DNA of 64,000 nt, from contig OY969472.1 of assembly GCA_963700155.1 (NCBI GenBank), forward strand, positions 744,690 to 808,689, in the 5' to 3' direction. Each line of letters starts with the position of its first letter. Position 1 is the first letter of the stretch. The stretch comes from an uncultured bacterium (lineage in GTDB: Bacteria; Patescibacteriota; Dojkabacteria; J137). Positions 57,909 through 64,000 of this stretch are shown piece after piece. The notes beneath the pieces were generated by a model, which was not told the DNA's origin, did no database searches, and saw only the letters and a list, made by a program, of their open reading frames with translations. Both the position numbers and the translations under genes were made by a program.

Positions 57909-59228
57909 TTAAAGTTCCGTTTCTAAGGTAGTTAAATTCCTATCAAAAATCGATCTTAATTCTTTTAAAAGTTCTCCATAAGTTTTATTTCCTTTTACAA
58001 ATCTTCTATAAGGACTAACTTCGATCGAAATATCTGGATCAACTTTAAGATTTCTAACTAAGTTTTCTAGTGTATTACAATACCAGTTGACTATAATTTT
58101 ACAATTTATTCTTTCTTCTGTAGTAAATAAGTTAACATCATAAATAGATTTTATAATCTCTATGATATCGCTGATATCTCTCATTAAATTTTTAAAATAT
58201 CTTGCAATCTCGTTATTATCCTCTTCATTAAATTCAGCTAATTTGTCAGCATTAACAAATCTTATTCTTGCATTCTCTGGTTCTTGATCATCGTAACTTT
58301 CAAAACTTAAGGTTGAATAATCAAATATTGTTCCGAGGGAAATCCTTTCTTGCAATAATTTCTCAGCATAAATCATGAATTTGGCAAAAAGACTATTATT
58401 AAATGGATAATTCCATATTGCAGGATTTTCTTCGGCAATCTGATAAAAATTTCGCTTAATATTAAAGTACTTGTAAATCAGTTCACTTGGTCTTGGTGGT
58501 ATTCTGACTGATAAATTACCAGAATCTGAATCTTGTGGATTTATGACACTTAAAGTATCAAATCCTTTAGATTCAAGATATTGAGCTTTTGTATAAACAT
58601 CAACAGCATCTTCTTGACTATCATGCGATTCAAATAAAAGTTCTACTGGAATGATCATACTACCACTAAGAAGTACAGCAATTTTTTCTTTAAAATCATT
58701 TAAAGAAATTGATTCATCAAACATTGCTGCAACATCACTAGAAGGTATTTTTATATTTCTCCCCTCAGGTAATTTTGATAGATATTCAGTTAATCTTGTA
58801 TAGATTTCTATCCAATCAGGTTTTCCTTCGACTTTGTCATAAAAGGCGCCCATGGTTTCAGCAGTAATATTATTTTTTATTAAGAATCTTCTCAAATATA
58901 ACTGAAGCATCATTTTTTTTCTAAAATGAGTCAGTATTTCAACTTTAGAACTAGTTAGATGAACTCCAAACTTTGATTCAAGATAATCAATATAAATATC
59001 AATATCTTCAATATCATTTATATTATTTATTATGACTGAAAAATTCTCTTGAAAAACTTCAGGAATTCCTGATTGATTATATTTGAAAGCTCTTTCAACA
59101 GATTGCCCCCTAAATACTTCTAGTCCAATCAAATCCATTATTTTATATGCTGTTTCTCTAATTCTATCTAATCTTCTCTTCCCTGTTTCGTGTTGAAAAG
59201 GATCACCAGATGGTAAGTATAAACTCAT
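57909..59228 (-). CDS. Hypothetical protein, possible distant paralog of 56198..57364
   Basis: EDAVDVYTKAQYLESKGFDTLS aligns by eye with QAAAREISITESLNKIGLNTLS. Confidence 0.55.
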   Translation of the reverse strand: MSLYLPSGDPFQHETGKRRLDRIRETAYKIMDLIGLEVFRGQSVERAFKYNQSGIPEVFQENFSVIINNINDIEDIDIYIDYLESKFGVHLTSSKVEILTHFRKKMMLQLYLRRFLIKNNITAETMGAFYDKVEGKPDWIEIYTRLTEYLSKLPEGRNIKIPSSDVAAMFDESISLNDFKEKIAVLLSGSMIIPVELLFESHDSQEDAVDVYTKAQYLESKGFDTLSVINPQDSDSGNLSVRIPPRPSELIYKYFNIKRNFYQIAEENPAIWNYPFNNSLFAKFMIYAEKLLQERISLGTIFDYSTLSFESYDDQEPENARIRFVNADKLAEFNEEDNNEIARYFKNLMRDISDIIEIIKSIYDVNLFTTEERINCKIIVNWYCNTLENLVRNLKVDPDISIEVSPYRRFVKGNKTYGELLKELRSIFDRNLTTLETEL

Positions 59229-59250
59229 AAATGTAGTTTAATGAATAATT

Positions 59251-59706
59251 CTATGCAGCTTGTTGTTCAGGCTTGGAAGCCGGTTCATTAGCTAACGGAG
59301 AAGAATATACCATAATTTGAATGGAGTTGTCACTTTGAGCAAAATATATTCCTTCTATAAAATGCAATCCTTCTGAAGTAGCAAGGAAATTCTTCACTTC
59401 TTCAAAGGCTTCTAGGATTGTATCTTCAGTTATTTCTTTTGTAGCTAAAATTAAGCATATTAATGAAATTAAATTTGCATCTAATTGAGGATCTAAAACC
59501 TCTTTTGCTCTAAATTGAGTTGCAGGAAGATAAATATCTTCATTCGGAGGAACTTGAGATTCTCTAATTCTAGAGATTTCAAATGCATTACCATACCCTA
59601 ATTTATTTACAATTTGGGAATATTTATCCAAATCTACTTTGGTTAAATTATCTGATAATTTATAACTACTAGTATCTATTTGTTCAAAAGTGTTTGGTAT
59701 TTGCAT
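59251..59706 (-). CDS. Hypothetical protein
   Basis: ORF only. Confidence 0.55.
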   Translation of the reverse strand: MQIPNTFEQIDTSSYKLSDNLTKVDLDKYSQIVNKLGYGNAFEISRIRESQVPPNEDIYLPATQFRAKEVLDPQLDANLISLICLILATKEITEDTILEAFEEVKNFLATSEGLHFIEGIYFAQSDNSIQIMVYSSPLANEPASKPEQQAA

Positions 59707-59859
59707 ATGGATTATAGTAAGAATTAAATATCTACTATTAATAGATATACTTAATTTTAACTTGAATTAATAAAATTGCCAACCAAAAAATTCTGACATA
59801 TATTTTAATCTGATTTGTAGGTAAAGTTAGAAGCTTTCGGTTGGATTGACAAGTAAAAT

Positions 59860-60291
59860 TTATACTCGCTGATCACCTATCATGTTTTTTCGAAGCTCTA
59901 CATAGAAGTCTTTTGGCTTAGCTGCTCCTTTATATAAGTAGTCAAAATATACTTCTTTTAAAATTTGTATGTGCCAATCAACTATTTCCATACTGAAAAA
60001 ATCTTCCGGCTGCATTTCAAGCAATTGATGAAATATGTACTCAAGATTAAAAATAGGATTTATCGGATTAAAACCATTCAAATTAAGCCATAACATAAAT
60101 TCAATATCATCAATAAAATTAAGCGTTGAAGGAAAATTATTTTTAATCCACAATATAACCCGATCTTTAAAATATTTATCTGAAGAGTACCATAAATAGT
60201 CTTCCGGATTTAAAGATTCTGGAATTGCTGACCGCAAAACAGCATCAAGAAGTTCTGTTTGTCTCAAATCATTCATGTGGTTATATGACAA
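59860..60291 (-). CDS. Hypothetical protein, paralog of 60337..60633
   Basis: Shared IPxSxxPxDYxW...FKxxVxxWIxNxF...WLxxNxFxPxNPxFNL. Confidence 0.7.
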   Translation of the reverse strand: MSYNHMNDLRQTELLDAVLRSAIPESLNPEDYLWYSSDKYFKDRVILWIKNNFPSTLNFIDDIEFMLWLNLNGFNPINPIFNLEYIFHQLLEMQPEDFFSMEIVDWHIQILKEVYFDYLYKGAAKPKDFYVELRKNMIGDQRV

Positions 60292-60336
60292 TTTTAGATT
60301 TCTTAGTTAACAAAGAATTTCTAATCTTTTCAGATA

Positions 60337-60633
60337 TTAATATTCCACAAGATTAGAATCTAAGTTGTATATATCTAAAAGATTAAAGGTTGGATTCCCT
60401 GGATGAAATTCATTGTCTATGAGCCAGTCTATCAGCGCTCCGCCCCATTCTTCCCATTCTCGCCAGTTTTTATTACTATAGTCTCCCTCATATTCGAATC
60501 CGTTAGCTATCCATTTGAACACAAACAACTTAAATTCCGGATCTGGTTCTGACCATTTGTAGTCGGATGGATCAAATGAGTTTGGAATCCAAAAGTACTT
60601 TTTAAAATTCTCTGTTAACTTTGCTTCAGTCAT
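60337..60633 (-). CDS. Hypothetical protein, paralog of 59860..60291
   Basis: Shares the same motif with 59860..60291. Confidence 0.7.
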   Translation of the reverse strand: MTEAKLTENFKKYFWIPNSFDPSDYKWSEPDPEFKLFVFKWIANGFEYEGDYSNKNWREWEEWGGALIDWLIDNEFHPGNPTFNLLDIYNLDSNLVEY

Positions 60634-60668
60634 ACTTTTGTAAAAACAGGTATATCTGATGATATAAT

Positions 60669-61928
60669 ATGAAATTAAGATTTAGCAATATGGAATTTAA
60701 ACTAAATTCAAAATTTAAACCATCTGGAGACCAGCCTCAAGCAATTGAATACCTTACCGCTGGGCTTGAGGCTGGTCTCAGACATCAAACATTAATCGGA
60801 GCTACAGGAACGGGAAAAACTTTTACAATGGCTAATATTATTCAGAATACAGGAAGGCCTGCTCTCGTTTTGTCCCACAACAAAACGCTCGCAGCTCAAT
60901 TGTACGCAGAGTTCAAAGAGTTTTTCCCGGAAAATGCAGTTGAATATTTTGTAAGTTACTACGATTATTATCAGCCTGAAGCTTATGTTCCTCAAAGAGA
61001 CTTATATATTGAGAAAGATTCAGATATTAACGAAGTTGTTGAAAAGTTTAGAAATAGCGCAACTCAGGAGTTGCTTTCAAGAAGAGATGTTGTAATTGTG
61101 GCAACTGTAAGTTGTATTTATGGACTTGGCGATCCTGAAGACTACTCAGCTCTTAGTCTACAGCTTAAGGTTGGTAAAGAATATAGCCGAGAAAAAATTA
61201 TGGTCAGATTAAGAGATATGCAATACGATAGAAATGATTCAGATTTTGCAAATGGAACTTTTAGGTTTAGAGGTGAATATATTGATATTAATCTAACAAC
61301 AGCTGATGATAGAGCTGTTAGGCTTTCATTTTTTGGAGATGAACTTGAATCAATAAGAATTTTGAATCCAATAAGTGGAGAAATTATTGGTGAACAAGAT
61401 GAAATTCAGATCTTTCCTGCAAAGCATTATGTAAGTTCTCAGGAAAAAATTAACAATGCCTTGAAAGTTATTCGTGAAGATCTAGAAGTTGAAGTTAAGG
61501 ATTTTATGGATAAAGGAAAAATGATTGAAGGTACAAGATTAAAGCAGCGTGTAAATTATGATTTAGAAATGCTTCAGGAAACAGGCTTTTGTAAAGGAAT
61601 TGAGAATTATTCAAGATATATTGATAATCGGGGAGTTGGTACAGCTCCTTCTACTCTTTTAGATTATTTCCCTGATGATTACCTAATGTTTATTGATGAA
61701 TCACACATTACTGTTCCCCAAATTGGAGGAATGTATCTTGGTGATTTATCTAGGAAACAAAACTTGGTTGACTATGGATTCAGAATGAAATCAGCTTTAG
61801 ATAATAGACCTCTAAAATTTGATGAGTTCCAGAAAAGAACGAATCAGATTATCTATACTACTGCGACACCAAGAGAATACGAAATTGAAAACTCAAAAAA
61901 ATCTGCAAAAGAAGTTTTAGGAAAATAA
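60669..61928 (+). CDS. uvrB: Excinuclease ABC subunit B, N-terminal part only (split or truncated)
   Basis: GDQPQAI, GATGTGKT, YYDYYQPEAY, DESH, DNRPL, TATP; stops before EQxIRPTG. Confidence 0.9.
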   Translation: MKLRFSNMEFKLNSKFKPSGDQPQAIEYLTAGLEAGLRHQTLIGATGTGKTFTMANIIQNTGRPALVLSHNKTLAAQLYAEFKEFFPENAVEYFVSYYDYYQPEAYVPQRDLYIEKDSDINEVVEKFRNSATQELLSRRDVVIVATVSCIYGLGDPEDYSALSLQLKVGKEYSREKIMVRLRDMQYDRNDSDFANGTFRFRGEYIDINLTTADDRAVRLSFFGDELESIRILNPISGEIIGEQDEIQIFPAKHYVSSQEKINNALKVIREDLEVEVKDFMDKGKMIEGTRLKQRVNYDLEMLQETGFCKGIENYSRYIDNRGVGTAPSTLLDYFPDDYLMFIDESHITVPQIGGMYLGDLSRKQNLVDYGFRMKSALDNRPLKFDEFQKRTNQIIYTTATPREYEIENSKKSAKEVLGK

Positions 61929-61929
61929 T

Positions 61930-62256
61930 TTATAACTCATCTATTCGAATCATATCTTCAGGAAGATCAACGCTAGCTTGGAAATACCTCATTTGATTAT
62001 GATCTAATGTAATCGAATCGGTATCTATTAATATTACAATTGAAGTAAATAGATTATTTGTTCCAGAATTATTTTTTAGGATGAGCATTACAGAATTAGA
62101 ATTTAGAAACGAGTAACCATATGGAGAATGCCTTGTTAATTTTAATCGCTCCAAGACTAAATTAAATAACTTTTTTACAGAAACATTAGATTCCTCAGTG
62201 ATTTCTAAAAGAGGTTCATTAATAGGTTCGTTAAATTGTTTAGGGAAATTAAACAT
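61930..62256 (-). CDS. Hypothetical protein
   Basis: ORF convergent on uvrB. Confidence 0.5.
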   Translation of the reverse strand: MFNFPKQFNEPINEPLLEITEESNVSVKKLFNLVLERLKLTRHSPYGYSFLNSNSVMLILKNNSGTNNLFTSIVILIDTDSITLDHNQMRYFQASVDLPEDMIRIDEL

Positions 62257-62281
62257 ATTGAAGTATAACGCAACCTTTTAT

Positions 62282-62590
62282 TTAAATCAGCTTCTGAATA
62301 ATTATTGTGTAGATAATCAGGGCGAAAATTCCAAAAGTAGCTTCAATCAGCCAATATTTCAAGGGAATTTTCGCCCTGCAGTTAGAGCATTTTCCACCTA
62401 AAATTATAAAACTAACAACTGGAATGTTTTCATACCATTTCAAAACATGACTACAATGGGTGCAGTGTGAAGATGGCTTTAATATTGATTCACCTTTTGG
62501 AATTCTGTCGATAAGTACTCCAAAAAAGCTTCCAAATGAAGCCCCTAGAAAAAAAGATAATAATCCTAAAAATATTAATCCTAATGTCAT
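62282..62590 (-). CDS. Stand-alone prepilin peptidase (PilD/A24) N-terminal domain
   Basis: GSFFGVLIDRIP, SHCTHC, WYENIPVVSF, GKCSNC; no C-terminal peptidase domain. Confidence 0.85.
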   Translation of the reverse strand: MTLGLIFLGLLSFFLGASFGSFFGVLIDRIPKGESILKPSSHCTHCSHVLKWYENIPVVSFIILGGKCSNCRAKIPLKYWLIEATFGIFALIIYTIIIQKLI

Positions 62591-62591
62591 T

Positions 62592-63998
62592 TTATCGATT
62601 TAAAATAATCATATATTCTTCTCCTGAAGGTACTGGATTTAAATAAGTTTCATTAAATCCATCTTTATTGACTTCATAAGTATATACCATCCCAATTTGT
62701 AATGATGGATGATATTCTCTTATTCTGAAGAATACTCTATTGTCGTTAGTAAAAATCACTGAAATTGTATTTATATATTCTGAAAGTTGTTCCGGTGTTG
62801 GGTTTAGAATTGCCAAGTTCCCATTTACTAAATGTGTGAGCCACTGCCTGAATTTATCGATTTGGAATGGTATATAATCTTTACCTGCTAACTGATACAT
62901 GTCTTGAGAATTCAATAAAAATATACCACGCATATCATTAATATTTTCTAAAGCTGCTTCGAGGCTTGTAGTATCGGTACTTAAATCAAAGATACTTAAG
63001 ATTTGAAAAATTGGTAAAGAACTTTCAAAGTCTTTATCAGATGTTATTATCTTTAACATATTAAGAAGCTTATCTTGATTATAGTTATTTATTTCATAAA
63101 CAAATCTACTTGTAGGTGTTTGAATTAATGGTAATGCCGATGTAAAGAATTCATCCTGTCCACTTTCGGCAAGGAATAGTGATTGTCTTCTTGTTATTAA
63201 GAATCTGAGTTCATCTGTCATTGGAAAAAGATTCGTTAATCTCCCATAGAATTGGCCTGGTGTTAAAGTTTTAAAGTTTCCTGAGGCGATTTCTTCTCTA
63301 ACATTGTTTGGATTTCCTCTAAAATAAACATCAATCCCTCCAGTCTGAGTTGAAGAAATCGCTAATATGTCTCTTGGGAAATCACTACGCTTGCCATTTA
63401 TTAAATCACTTAAGTACTGAAAGATAGGGTCATCAGGAAATAAAGTATTATAGTTAGGAAGATAACTGTATTCTGGTTGAGTCTTGAGTTCTTGGTCAAT
63501 AAAAGTTCTTTGATCATTTGTTATAGTCATCTCGTTTAATAAATTTTCGATTTGTGTTGAATAATCTGGAGTATGTCCAAATGTATTAAATACTGGTATT
63601 TCGGTCTGTTCTAATCTACTTACATTTGTGTAAGATAAGGGTATAAGAACGACTAAAAGTCTCCCAACAGCAGTAAGTTCTCCATTTCTATAAATATTAG
63701 GATCATTAGCATATTTTGTTAAAACTTGTTTTTTACCTTCCTCAAATAATCTTTGAACTAAAAGCACTTGAAGGTTTGAGAAATAATATTGGTTTTCAGT
63801 CATAGGTATTATTACTATTTTCCCTTCCTGATTAAAAAACCCTAGTGAATTAAATGATCTGTCAAAATCAAATTTTAAAATTGAAGCTGCGACAAATGCA
63901 TCAACATCTTCAACGTTTTGGAAAGGGATATTATTACGAAGTTGCTGGAATCTGTCTGATGTTAATACATCTCTTAGAAATAAAAATGCAGCAATCGT
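62592..63998 (-). CDS. Large hypothetical protein (5'-partial; frame open past window end)
   Basis: Frame of 62592..63803 has no stop up to the window end (..EGKIVIIPMTENQ..). Confidence 0.65.
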   Translation of the reverse strand, partial: TIAAFLFLRDVLTSDRFQQLRNNIPFQNVEDVDAFVAASILKFDFDRSFNSLGFFNQEGKIVIIPMTENQYYFSNLQVLLVQRLFEEGKKQVLTKYANDPNIYRNGELTAVGRLLVVLIPLSYTNVSRLEQTEIPVFNTFGHTPDYSTQIENLLNEMTITNDQRTFIDQELKTQPEYSYLPNYNTLFPDDPIFQYLSDLINGKRSDFPRDILAISSTQTGGIDVYFRGNPNNVREEIASGNFKTLTPGQFYGRLTNLFPMTDELRFLITRRQSLFLAESGQDEFFTSALPLIQTPTSRFVYEINNYNQDKLLNMLKIITSDKDFESSLPIFQILSIFDLSTDTTSLEAALENINDMRGIFLLNSQDMYQLAGKDYIPFQIDKFRQWLTHLVNGNLAILNPTPEQLSEYINTISVIFTNDNRVFFRIREYHPSLQIGMVYTYEVNKDGFNETYLNPVPSGEEYMIILNR

Positions 63999-64000
63999 TG

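Noticed and set aside
57836-59845. Imperfect inverted repeats in intergenic regions near 57836-57895 and 59779-59845
   Set aside because: Short, AT-rich and not similar to each other; compatible with chance
1351-62401. Many short antisense or nested ORFs (e.g. 1351, 3271, 9257, 26618, 27364, 47050, 51805, 55723, 60792)
   Set aside because: Shadows of well-supported genes on the other strand or frame

Overview
AT-rich bacterial chromosome segment using the standard genetic code. It most likely comes from a Patescibacteria/CPR genome, possibly Dojkabacteria-like; this is inferred from the pilMNO genes, CPR-type pilin remnant, core genes lacking Shine-Dalgarno sites and many orphan ORFs. Housekeeping genes are rpsP, rnc, nusB, rpmF, rsmD, recG, PBP1A, rplT-rpmI-infC, clpP, mutL, murA and nth, with four tRNAs (Ser-TGA, Val-GAC, Val-TAC, Phe-GAA). 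Accessory content includes four tandem 2-TM receptor-like paralogs, two GT2 synthase loci each paired with a small membrane protein, a GH16 + two CBM-repeat polysaccharide deacetylases + GT87 cluster, and a variable region (umuC-SRAP, small orphan genes) downstream of tRNA-Phe. The main unusual observations are: (1) a shared 69-nt structured element inserted in the D-loop of a duplicated 5' tRNA fragment, upstream of both tRNA-Val(TAC) and tRNA-Phe; (2) a ThrRS homolog at the thrS locus with intact editing and anticodon domains but a decayed catalytic core; (3) four copies of a protein C-terminal motif spaced between the genes of the variable region; (4) GC-richer gene units with Shine-Dalgarno sites, perfect hairpins and in three cases boxA-like leaders; (5) a half-length uvrB. 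No CRISPR array, integrase or transposase was recognised.
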